Shown here: in pieces, positions 9,457 to 18,171 of the stretch
How the letters are laid out: each line of letters opens with the position of its first letter
Position numbering within the stretch: the first letter of the stretch is position 1
NCBI GenBank assembly: GCA_030017715.1
Contig: JASEIU010000001.1
Coordinates: 1,079,845 to 1,143,844, forward strand
From: Candidatus Saccharicenans sp.
GTDB lineage: Bacteria > Acidobacteriota > Aminicenantia > Aminicenantales > Saccharicenantaceae
DNA length: 64,000 nucleotides
Direction of reading: 5' to 3'
Translations under genes and position numbers: made by a program
The notes under the pieces: generated by a model
Database searches by the model: none
Told to the model about the DNA's origin: nothing
The model's input: only the letters and a program-made list of their open reading frames with translations

Positions 9457-10826
9457 TTTAATTTTATACCATATTGTTCCAGTTTTTTGTAGAGGTTGCT
9501 GCGGGGGGTGTCGATTTCTCTGGCCGTCCGGGAGACATTCCAGTTGTTGCTTTTCAGCTTGAACAGTATGAAATTTTTCTCCGCCTCCTCACGGAAATCT
9601 TTCAGGGTTTTGACCTGGCGCAGGTCGGGCATCAGCAATTCCCTGTCCTGCAACAGGTAATCAGGCAGGTCTTCTGGCCCGATTACCTCTTTATCCGTCA
9701 GGATGATCAGCCTCTCCACCAGATTCCTCAACTCTCGAACGTTCCCCTTCCAGGGGTACTTGATCATGATTTCCAGGGCTTGGGGCGAAAATTTTTTGCG
9801 ACGAAAATTATTCTCTTCTGAATAAATGGCGCAAAAATAATCCACCAGAAGAGGAATATCTTCCTTTCTTTCCCTGAGCGGCGGAACGTAAATCGGGACA
9901 ACGTTCAATCTGAAAAACAGGTCGTCCCGGAAGCGTCCCTCTTTCATTTCTTTTTTAAGGTCTTTGTTGGTGGCGGCTATGATTCGGACATCAACTTTGA
10001 TGATTTTGCTGGAGCCGACTCTCTGAACCTCGCCTTCCTCCAGCACTCGAAGAACCTTCGATTGGGTTTTTAAGCTCATGTCCCCTATTTCGTCCAGAAA
10101 GATGGTCCCGCCGTCGGCCAGTTCAAACTTGCCCGGCTTGCGTTCGGTGGCTCCGGTGAAAGCTCCCTTTTCATGGCCGAAAAGTTCGCTTTCGATCAGT
10201 TCCTCGGGAATGGCGGCGCAGTTGACCTGGACGAAATTTTCCTCTGCCCGGGGACTATTATCGTGTATGGCCCTGGCCACCAGTTCTTTTCCGGTGCCGC
10301 TTTCTCCCTGAATCAGGACAGTGGCATTGGTCGGCGCGATTTTTTGCACCTCCTGCCAGAGTTCAAGCATCGATGGGTGCTGGCCGATAATCCGGTACTT
10401 TTTTTCCGCTCTTTTTTTTATGTCCTGGACAGTCGACTTCAACCTTCTGGCTTCCAGGGCATGGCGGACACTCAGCAGCACCCGGTCCCGATGGAGGGGT
10501 TTTTCCAGAAAATCGAAGGCGCCCAGCTTGGTAGCATCGACGGCCATGGCAATCGTTCCATGACCGGAAATCATGATAACCTCCGGCGCCGGCAGCCGTT
10601 TCCTGACTTCAGCCAGCAAACTCAGGCCGTCGGCGTCGGGCAATCTGATATCGAGCAGGACGAGGTCGATTTCGGGGTGGCTGTCCAGAACCTCCCTGGC
10701 CGTCACTCCGTCGGCAGCCTCAAAAAAGGCGTAGCCTTCATACTCCAGTATCATTTTCAGGGTTTTGCGGATGTTATCCTCGTCATCCACCACCAGAATC
10801 CGATGTTTTCTCTCCTTGGTATTCAT
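9369..10826 (-). CDS. Sigma54-dependent two-component response regulator (NtrC/NtrX family)
   Basis: Receiver domain (ILVVDDE, LLDIRLP, EKP), AAA+ domain (GESGTGKE, GAFTGA, FLDEI), Fis-type HTH (NVSRTA..RSNLYKKL). Confidence 0.93.
   Translation of the reverse strand: MNTKERKHRILVVDDEDNIRKTLKMILEYEGYAFFEAADGVTAREVLDSHPEIDLVLLDIRLPDADGLSLLAEVRKRLPAPEVIMISGHGTIAMAVDATKLGAFDFLEKPLHRDRVLLSVRHALEARRLKSTVQDIKKRAEKKYRIIGQHPSMLELWQEVQKIAPTNATVLIQGESGTGKELVARAIHDNSPRAEENFVQVNCAAIPEELIESELFGHEKGAFTGATERKPGKFELADGGTIFLDEIGDMSLKTQSKVLRVLEEGEVQRVGSSKIIKVDVRIIAATNKDLKKEMKEGRFRDDLFFRLNVVPIYVPPLRERKEDIPLLVDYFCAIYSEENNFRRKKFSPQALEIMIKYPWKGNVRELRNLVERLIILTDKEVIGPEDLPDYLLQDRELLMPDLRQVKTLKDFREEAEKNFILFKLKSNNWNVSRTAREIDTPRSNLYKKLEQYGIKLKAGAGEAVASSSDEEEEEESPNSTGQDGR
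9461..9471 (-). promoter_or_regulatory. Candidate extended -10 promoter for rnpB, lying inside the upstream CDS
   Basis: TGGTATAAAAT. The TATAAA hexamer (9468-9463) lies 6 nt upstream of the predicted rnpB 5' end. Confidence 0.55.
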
Positions 10827-10915
10827 GTTTTGATTTTAACACACCCGGGCCAGGACGCGAAAATAGATGTTGATTAATTTCTTCTCAACCCTTATATTTT
10901 TTAAGGGAGGACAAA

Positions 10916-12304
10916 ATTTCCGGTTTTAAAAAAACTGCGGTTGCCTGCTTTTTCCTCTGGCTGGCCTGTCTTCCGGTCCTGGCCTCAACTCCGGTCGGAG
11001 CGCTCAGGTCGGCGCCGCAGTCCGGCCGGGCCGAAACAGAATTCAGCCTGGATAACGGGCTCAGGGTGTATCTACTCCCCTATTCCGGGTCCGCTCTGGC
11101 CTCAGTCGTCCTGGCAGTCAAGGTCGGAACGGCCGATGAAACTCCGGAAACCAGCGGTCTGCTCCACCTGCTGGAACACTGCCTGCTTTTCCGCCAAGCT
11201 CATCTTACGGCCGGGGGGAGGCTTTTCCGGACAATCAGTCAGCACGGGCTTTATTATAATGCCCGGACCGAGCAGGACCTGATGTTGTTTGAAGTCGGTC
11301 TGTCGGGCGAGCAGCTGGAGCCGGTGCTGGGCTTATTGAGGGAGGCTGTTTTCTCATTTAATCTGACTGAAGAAGCGCTGGAGATGGAAAAAACAGTCCT
11401 GCTAAAAGAGCTGGCCGATAATTACCGTCAGCCGGAAAAAATTGGGCTGGCCACGGTCTATGAACTGGCCTTTCCTGAGACCGGTTACGCCCTTCCGGTT
11501 TACGGCAAAAAAGAAGCTATCAGTCGGGCCGGTCTGGCCAACTTGAAGAAACTTCATCAAAGGTTTTTCAGGCCTGACAACTCGGCTCTGGTGGTGATTG
11601 GAGATTTTGAACCGGACAGGCTCAGTGAAATCATAAAGGCGATTTTTTCTGACCTCAAGGGCGGCGAAGGACTTTTCAGGCGGCCCGGTCTGTCGGCCAA
11701 ATTCCCCACCTCGGGTCCGACGGTTGAACTCAGAATGAAGGTCTCCGATACCTATCTCATGGCCGGCCTGCCGGCGCCTGAGTACAGCAGCCCCGACCGC
11801 CTGTCCATGGACATGCTCAGCGAGCTGGCCGGGCAGGGCTTGAGTCCTCTGATCTATCAGGCTTTTTCCGGCCAGCCTGACCTTGTTTCTTCAGCCCGAT
11901 TTCATTACCTGAGTCATGAACAGGCGGGACTGATTTTTATCTCAGTTACTTCCGCCGAAGACCGGGTAGCGACCGTCAAACGACTCATACAGAACTTTCT
12001 GCCACGTCTGGCCGAGATAAATTATTCGCTTCAGGACTACCCGCCGGACCAGCAATTTCTGGTGTTCGACTTTCTCCGGGGCGGTAAAAACCGCTTTCAG
12101 TGGCTGTCCGAAAAAATGACCGAGAGCCCGCCTCTTCTGGCCATGTCTCTGGCCAAGCATCTGCTGCTCCGGGACGACCGACCGCAAAAAAATTATCTCC
12201 GGTCAATCGCCGGTCTGAATTCATCCGACCTCAGAAAGACAGCTCGCAAGTACCTGAGCGGGGCCAGACCTGTCTGGGTGGTTATAAAACCAGAAAAAAA
12301 ATGA
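10916..12304 (+). CDS. Secreted M16 zinc peptidase, catalytic subunit; start probably ATT at 10916
   Basis: LDNGLRV, HLLEH (inverted zincin), downstream E in MEKTVLLKE. A signal peptide lies in frame upstream of the called GTG at 11066. Confidence 0.85.
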   Translation: MSGFKKTAVACFFLWLACLPVLASTPVGALRSAPQSGRAETEFSLDNGLRVYLLPYSGSALASVVLAVKVGTADETPETSGLLHLLEHCLLFRQAHLTAGGRLFRTISQHGLYYNARTEQDLMLFEVGLSGEQLEPVLGLLREAVFSFNLTEEALEMEKTVLLKELADNYRQPEKIGLATVYELAFPETGYALPVYGKKEAISRAGLANLKKLHQRFFRPDNSALVVIGDFEPDRLSEIIKAIFSDLKGGEGLFRRPGLSAKFPTSGPTVELRMKVSDTYLMAGLPAPEYSSPDRLSMDMLSELAGQGLSPLIYQAFSGQPDLVSSARFHYLSHEQAGLIFISVTSAEDRVATVKRLIQNFLPRLAEINYSLQDYPPDQQFLVFDFLRGGKNRFQWLSEKMTESPPLLAMSLAKHLLLRDDRPQKNYLRSIAGLNSSDLRKTARKYLSGARPVWVVIKPEKK

Positions 12305-13620
12305 ACTATCAGCGATATATTATCAGACGGCTTTTATCGACTCTGGTCCTGACCGGTTTATTCTGGGCCCGGTCATTACCGGCCCAGCCTTTAAGATTTG
12401 AAGTCTTCAGCCTGGAGAACGGACTTAAGGTTTATTATCAATTTCAGCCGGAAACAAAATTGACTTCAGCGGTTTTTCACTTCAAGGGCGGTCAGTCTCT
12501 GGAAATACCCGGGCGGCGCGGCCTGGCTTACCTGACGACCAGACTGATGGCTGAAATTGCCGACGAAGACCGGCTGGCCCAACTACTGGCTTCCGGAGCC
12601 AGCCTGACGGCCGGAAGCCGGCCTGATTTTTCGGTCATTCAGTTCGAAGGTTTAACCGGGGATTTTGAGGCCATCCTGGAAATTGTGGCTGCCGGCCTCA
12701 AGAATCCGCTTATTTCTGGCCCCAGAATAGACCGGGTCAGAAAGGCCTTAAAACTCGAAGCCGGCCAGGAAGCCTGTCGGCTGGTGGATTCAGCTCTGGT
12801 CTGCCTGCGCCGTCAGGTATTTCCGGATGGCCCCTACGGCTATTCTCTTTACGGGCAGGAACCAGACCTCAAGTCGGTGACCAGGAAAGATATCCGCCAG
12901 TTTTATGATTCAATAATGAACAGCGGTTCGTTGAGCCTGCTTATTATAACCGACCTGGAAAGAAAGGCCCTGCAGGAGATCCTGACCAGGCACCTGTCCT
13001 GGATTAAGAACAAGGTTCCGCCGGTCGGAGATAAGTTTCTGCCGCTGGACAGACCTCCAGGCCAGACCCGGGGCGGGGACTGCGAGGTTTATCAGGGGCC
13101 CCCTGGTGCCTCGGTCGCTCTGGGATACCTTTTCCCGGGAGAGCTGGCTGAGACCTATGCGGCCGCTTATTTGTTGGAAAAAATAATCGGGCAGGGACCG
13201 GGCTCCCTGCTCTGGAAGCTCCGCCAGGAGAGCGGTCTGGCCTATAACTTAAACAGCCGGCTGGAAATTCTGGCCGGAAGGATTCTTTTCATCTGTTACC
13301 TGGAAACGGAAAAAGAACAGGCAAACATTTCTCTTTCCCAATTAAAGGAGGCTTTTTCACGACTGGGCCAGCAGGGCCTTGACCCGGAAACCCTGGCCTC
13401 GGCCCGGGTCCTGGCCGCAACCAGCTACCGGCGCGAATCTTTCGACCGCGATAGCCGCCTCGGCTTCCTGTCGCTGACCCTGGCCGCGGGACTGCCGCTG
13501 GACTTTTATAACGGTTTTCTGGATTCTCTGGAAGAAAAAAACCCTGACCAGCTCAGTGAGCTGGTCAGGGCAACTTTCTTACCTGACCGGGCCTGGGAAG
13601 TGATAATAATCAGGGATTGA
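12301..13620 (+). CDS. Secreted M16 family peptidase-like partner subunit lacking HXXEH
   Basis: Signal peptide, LENGLKV, GLAYLTTRLM in place of the zinc motif, SLLWKLRQESGLAY. ATGA overlap with the upstream gene. Confidence 0.82.
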   Translation: MNYQRYIIRRLLSTLVLTGLFWARSLPAQPLRFEVFSLENGLKVYYQFQPETKLTSAVFHFKGGQSLEIPGRRGLAYLTTRLMAEIADEDRLAQLLASGASLTAGSRPDFSVIQFEGLTGDFEAILEIVAAGLKNPLISGPRIDRVRKALKLEAGQEACRLVDSALVCLRRQVFPDGPYGYSLYGQEPDLKSVTRKDIRQFYDSIMNSGSLSLLIITDLERKALQEILTRHLSWIKNKVPPVGDKFLPLDRPPGQTRGGDCEVYQGPPGASVALGYLFPGELAETYAAAYLLEKIIGQGPGSLLWKLRQESGLAYNLNSRLEILAGRILFICYLETEKEQANISLSQLKEAFSRLGQQGLDPETLASARVLAATSYRRESFDRDSRLGFLSLTLAAGLPLDFYNGFLDSLEEKNPDQLSELVRATFLPDRAWEVIIIRD

Positions 13621-16600
13621 TCAACCCTCGGCCAGTTTCTTGTAATATTCAAATCTCTTTTTGGCTTCCTGAGCAGCCTGGGTAAACAGCTGGCGGGCTA
13701 TTTCCGGATAGTCCTGAAGTACCGACCGGTAGCGGATTTCATTCTTCAGGAAGGCTTCGTATTCCATCTTCGGCTCTTTGGAATCCAGGATCAGGGGATT
13801 CTTCCCTTCTCTGGCCAGCATCGGGTTGTACCGATAGAGTATCCAGTATCCGGTATCCACGGCCAGTTTCTCTTCCAGCTGGGATTTGCTCATATCGATT
13901 CCATGGTTGATACACGGCGAGTAAGCGATGATGAGCGACGGTCCGTCGTAGGCTTCAGCTTCCAGGAAAGCTTTCAGACACTGATTCATGTTGGCGCCCA
14001 TGGCCACTGAAGCCACGTAAACATAGCCATAGCTCATAACCATTCGGCCAAGGTCTTTCTTGACGGTTTTTTTGCCGGAGGAGGCAAACTTGGCTCGGGA
14101 GCCGGTGGGGGTGGCCTTGGAAGCTTGACCGCCGGTGTTGGAATAAACTTCGGTATCCAGAACAAGCAGGTTGACGTTGCGATTCATGGCCACCACATGG
14201 TCAAGTCCGCCATAGCCGATGTCATAGGCCCAGCCGTCGCCGCCGATGCACCAGACGCTCTTGTCCACCAGATAATCCTGAAGCTCGGCAATTCTGGTTA
14301 AATAGGGCTTGGCGGCATCGTTTCTGGCCAGGGCTTTGGGCAGCAGTTCCTGTATCCTTCTGGCTGTGGATTTGGCCTGGTCGCCTTTATCGGTCCACAG
14401 CTCTTTCATCTTCTGCATAGCTTCCATGAGTTCCGGCAGGGTGCCGGCATCGAGGGCCGCATTCAGGCTGGCCCAGAGCTGGCGCCTGATGGTGTCCACC
14501 GCCAGCCTCATGCCGAACCCGTATTCGGCATTGTCCTCGAACAGAGAATTGGCCCAGGCCGGCCCTTTTCCTTCCTTATTTTTGGCATAAGGTGAAACAG
14601 GGAACGTGCCGCCGTAGATAGATGAACAACCGGTGGCATTGGCAATTATCATCCGGTCGCCGAACAGCTGGGTAGCCAGCTTGATGTACGGGGTTTCGCC
14701 GCAGCCGCCGCAAGCTCCGCTGAATTCAAAAAGCGGGGTCAGAAATTGTGAACCTTTAATGGTGTCGACCTTGACTCCATCCAGGTAGCTGTCGGGCAGG
14801 CTCTCAAAGAACTTTTCGTTGACGTTCTGACCGGCGGCTCTTTCTTCTTCTATCGGCACCATTACCAGAGCCTTCTCTTTGGCCGGGCAAGTTTCAACAC
14901 AAACACCGCAGCCGACGCAGTCTTCGATGTAAATCTGGAGGCGGTACTTAAGATTCTTATCGTTCTTGGTGTTGGAAACCAGGGTGGTAAAGGTCTCTGG
15001 TGAATTCTTCAGGTCCTCGGGCAGGATCTGCTTGGCTCTGACGGCGGCGTGAGGACAGACGAAGGCGCACTGATTGCACTGAATGCATTTTTCCGGCAGC
15101 CAGCGCGGGACGAGCTCGGCGATGCCTCTTTTTTCCAGCTTGGCGGTGTCGGTCGGGATCCGACCGTCATAGGGCATGCGGGAAACAGGAATGGTGTTTC
15201 CCTTAAAATGCATGATGGGCTCGATTACGCCGCGGGCGAACTCGTCGGCGTCCTCGGGAATCAATCGCGGCACCGGCGCCGATTTGGTAATCCGGGCGGG
15301 CACAGGAACTTCTTCCAGGGCTTCCAGAGTTCTGTCGACGGCGGCCAAGTTCATCCTGACCACGTCTTCGCCTTTCTTATGGTAGGTTTTATGAATTGCT
15401 TTTTTGATCAGCTCGATGGCCTGGGCCTCGGGCAGGACTCCGGATATCTTGAAGAAACAGACCTGCATGATGGTGTTGATTCTGTTCTTTAGCCCGACTT
15501 CCTGAGCGATTTTGAAGGCATCGATGTTGTAAACTTTAATCTTCTTCTGGATGATGGTTTTCTGCAGGTCCTCGGTCAGGTGTTCGAACACTTCTTCCTT
15601 TTTCCAGGGAGAATTCAACAGCAAGGTTCCTCCCTGGCGCAGTCCTTCGAGAATGTCATAGCGTCCGATGTAGGCCGGCTTGTGCAGGGCCACGAAATCA
15701 ACCGTGTTCAGCAGGTATTCGGATTTGATGGGATGCCGACCAAACCTCAGGTGAGAAATAGTCACCCCGCCTGATTTCTTGGAATCGTACTCAAAATAAC
15801 CCTGGGCATAGAGCTCGGTGTTGTCGCCGATGATGGTGATGGAGTTCTTGTTGGCTCCGACGGTGCCGTCCGAACCATAGCCCCAGAATTTGCAACGTAC
15901 GGTTCCGGCCGGCTCGGTTTCCAGGACCCCTCCCACCGGCAAGGAAGTGCCGGTTAGGTCGTCTTCAATCCCGACGGTGAAGCCATGGAAGCAGGCTCCG
16001 TTCAGGTGATCAAAAACGGCTTTCACCATGGCCGGGGTGAATTCCTTGGAAGACAGACCGTAACGGCCACCGATGATCTTGAGGTCGCGGCCGGCCAGAG
16101 CCGTCATCACATCAAGATAGAGCGGCTCGCCGATGGCTCCCGGCTCCTTGGTCCTGTCCAGGACGGCTATTTTCTTGGCCGTCGGAGGAATTACTGCCCG
16201 GAAAGCCTCGGCCTCGAAAGGACGATAGAGGCGGACTTTAACCAGCCCGACCCTGTAGCCGTTCTTATTAAGATAATCAATGGTTTCTTCGGCGGTTTCG
16301 GCTCCGGAACCCATAATCACGATTACCCGGTCGGCATCGGGAGCGCCGAAATAGTCGAATAGATGGTACTGACGGCCGGTTACCCTGGCCACCTTGTCCA
16401 TATATTCCTGGACTATGCCCGGAGTGTCGGCGTAGTATTTATTGACCGTTTCCCGACCCTGAAAATAGACGTCGGGGTTCTCAGCGCCAACCTTCATCAT
16501 CGGTTTTTCGGGGTTGAGAGCCCTCTGTCTGAAATCCTGCAGGTACCGGGGTTCAAATAGTTCGGCCAGTGTTTCGTAAGGCACTATTTCTATCTTCTGA

Positions 16601-17139
16601 ACTTCGCTGGAAGTCCGGAAGCCGTCAAAAAAATGCAGGAACGGCACTTTGCTCTTCAGGCTGGCCAGATGACAGACAATGGCCAGATCCATGATTTCCT
16701 GGACTGAACCTGAACACATAAGGGCAAAGCCGGTGTTTCTGGCGGCCATAACGTCTGAATGGTCGCCGAAAATCGACAGCGACTGACAGGCCAGAGAACG
16801 GGCGGAAACGTGGAAAACGGTGGGCAGCAGCTCACCGGCAATCTTGTGCATATTAGGCAACATCAGCATCAAGCCCTGGGAAGCCGTAAAGGTGGTGGTA
16901 AGGCAGCCGGCGCTCAGAGAACCATGGACGGCTCCGGCTGCTCCGGCTTCGGACTGCATCTCTACCACTTCCACCGGCTGTCCGAAGATGTTCTTTCGGC
17001 CCTGGGCTGACCACTCGTCGGCCATTTCGCCCATGGTGGAAGAAGGAGTAATCGGGTAAATGGCAGCCACTTCCGAATAAGCATAAGCGACATGAGTGGC
17101 CGCGGTGTTACCGTCGATTGCCTTAAATGTTTTTGCCAT
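13621..17139 (-). CDS. nifJ: Pyruvate:ferredoxin (flavodoxin) oxidoreductase, single-chain
   Basis: YPITPSS, EMQSEAGAAG, two CxxCxxCxxxCP ferredoxin motifs, GACGGCGE, ATGCSSIYGG, GGDGWAYDIG. Confidence 0.96.
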   Translation of the reverse strand: MAKTFKAIDGNTAATHVAYAYSEVAAIYPITPSSTMGEMADEWSAQGRKNIFGQPVEVVEMQSEAGAAGAVHGSLSAGCLTTTFTASQGLMLMLPNMHKIAGELLPTVFHVSARSLACQSLSIFGDHSDVMAARNTGFALMCSGSVQEIMDLAIVCHLASLKSKVPFLHFFDGFRTSSEVQKIEIVPYETLAELFEPRYLQDFRQRALNPEKPMMKVGAENPDVYFQGRETVNKYYADTPGIVQEYMDKVARVTGRQYHLFDYFGAPDADRVIVIMGSGAETAEETIDYLNKNGYRVGLVKVRLYRPFEAEAFRAVIPPTAKKIAVLDRTKEPGAIGEPLYLDVMTALAGRDLKIIGGRYGLSSKEFTPAMVKAVFDHLNGACFHGFTVGIEDDLTGTSLPVGGVLETEPAGTVRCKFWGYGSDGTVGANKNSITIIGDNTELYAQGYFEYDSKKSGGVTISHLRFGRHPIKSEYLLNTVDFVALHKPAYIGRYDILEGLRQGGTLLLNSPWKKEEVFEHLTEDLQKTIIQKKIKVYNIDAFKIAQEVGLKNRINTIMQVCFFKISGVLPEAQAIELIKKAIHKTYHKKGEDVVRMNLAAVDRTLEALEEVPVPARITKSAPVPRLIPEDADEFARGVIEPIMHFKGNTIPVSRMPYDGRIPTDTAKLEKRGIAELVPRWLPEKCIQCNQCAFVCPHAAVRAKQILPEDLKNSPETFTTLVSNTKNDKNLKYRLQIYIEDCVGCGVCVETCPAKEKALVMVPIEEERAAGQNVNEKFFESLPDSYLDGVKVDTIKGSQFLTPLFEFSGACGGCGETPYIKLATQLFGDRMIIANATGCSSIYGGTFPVSPYAKNKEGKGPAWANSLFEDNAEYGFGMRLAVDTIRRQLWASLNAALDAGTLPELMEAMQKMKELWTDKGDQAKSTARRIQELLPKALARNDAAKPYLTRIAELQDYLVDKSVWCIGGDGWAYDIGYGGLDHVVAMNRNVNLLVLDTEVYSNTGGQASKATPTGSRAKFASSGKKTVKKDLGRMVMSYGYVYVASVAMGANMNQCLKAFLEAEAYDGPSLIIAYSPCINHGIDMSKSQLEEKLAVDTGYWILYRYNPMLAREGKNPLILDSKEPKMEYEAFLKNEIRYRSVLQDYPEIARQLFTQAAQEAKKRFEYYKKLAEG

Positions 17140-17213
17140 CATAAATCTCCTTATAAAATTAAACAGATTATTATATCAAAAAGCCCTTAAATTTCTAAGG
17201 CCGGGCTTAAATT

Positions 17214-17819
17214 TTATCCTTTGAGTTCAGTCCGCCCCTCCAGCGCTTTTTTTATCGTCAGCTGGTCGGCAAAATCCAGGTCAGCTCCCACCGGCAATCC
17301 CATGGCCAGCCTGGTTATTTTTACCGGCATTTCTCTCAGAACCTGACAGATGAGGGAAGCGGTGGCTTCTCCCTCGACCGTGGGATTGGTGGCAATAATC
17401 ACTTCCTTGAACTGGCCACCCTTGAGACGGCCGATTAACTTTTCCAGTCTGAGTTCGTCGGGCCCTATTCCCTTGATAGGCGACAGTGAACCAAGCAAAA
17501 CATGATAGCGACCGTTGAAGATGCCGGTTTTTTCGATCGAAGCCACATTGAACGGCTCTTCCACCAGACAGAGTTGCTCATCGTTGCGTCCGGGGTCCGT
17601 GCAGAGCCGGCAGGGGTCGACATCGGTGATATTGTTACACTGCGAACAGTAAAATATCTTGTTTTTGACTTCGACAATGGCCCTGACCAGTTCGGCCACT
17701 TCTTCGGCCGGGAGTCCCAGCAGATAGAACGCCATGCGCTGGGCCGACTTCAGGCCGACACCGGGAAATTTCCTAAGCTGTTCAATCAGGTCATGCAACG
17801 GTCGGGCATACTCAAACAT
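17214..17819 (-). CDS. recR: Recombination mediator RecR
   Basis: PGVGLKSAQR, C4 zinc finger, TOPRIM ATNPTVEGEATA. Confidence 0.96.
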   Translation of the reverse strand: MFEYARPLHDLIEQLRKFPGVGLKSAQRMAFYLLGLPAEEVAELVRAIVEVKNKIFYCSQCNNITDVDPCRLCTDPGRNDEQLCLVEEPFNVASIEKTGIFNGRYHVLLGSLSPIKGIGPDELRLEKLIGRLKGGQFKEVIIATNPTVEGEATASLICQVLREMPVKITRLAMGLPVGADLDFADQLTIKKALEGRTELKG

Positions 17820-17831
17820 CGGCCGGCTCCG

Positions 17832-18143
17832 TCAGAACAGTCCCGGAATTTTCAGGCCGCCGGCCAGCCCGGACATTTTGGTCTGGATTTCAGCTTCCAC
17901 CCTGGCGGTCGCTTCCCGGAAGGCTGAAACGATCAGGTCCTGAAGCATTTCCACGTCATCGCGGTTGACCACTTCCGGGTCCAGTTTTACTTCCAGGCAA
18001 TTCTTCTGACCGTCCAGGACCACAGTCACCATGCCGCCGCCGCTTGAGCCTTCAATTCTCATTTCGGCCAGCTCCTTCTGCAGTCTTTCCTGCATTTCCT
18101 GGGCAGCCTTCATCATCTTTTGCAGGTCGGCTAAATTTTTCAT
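17832..18143 (-). CDS. ybaB: YbaB/EbfC nucleoid-associated protein
   Basis: AQEMQ..LQ, GSSGGGMV, EMLQDLI; lies between dnaX and recR. Confidence 0.95.
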   Translation of the reverse strand: MKNLADLQKMMKAAQEMQERLQKELAEMRIEGSSGGGMVTVVLDGQKNCLEVKLDPEVVNRDDVEMLQDLIVSAFREATARVEAEIQTKMSGLAGGLKIPGLF

Positions 18144-18171
18144 TGTCTTTCCTCAGCCTCGATTGGACCGG

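Noticed and set aside
9157-9562. Plus-strand ORFs of 71 and 96 aa
   Set aside because: They are antisense to RNase P RNA and show no protein-like features.
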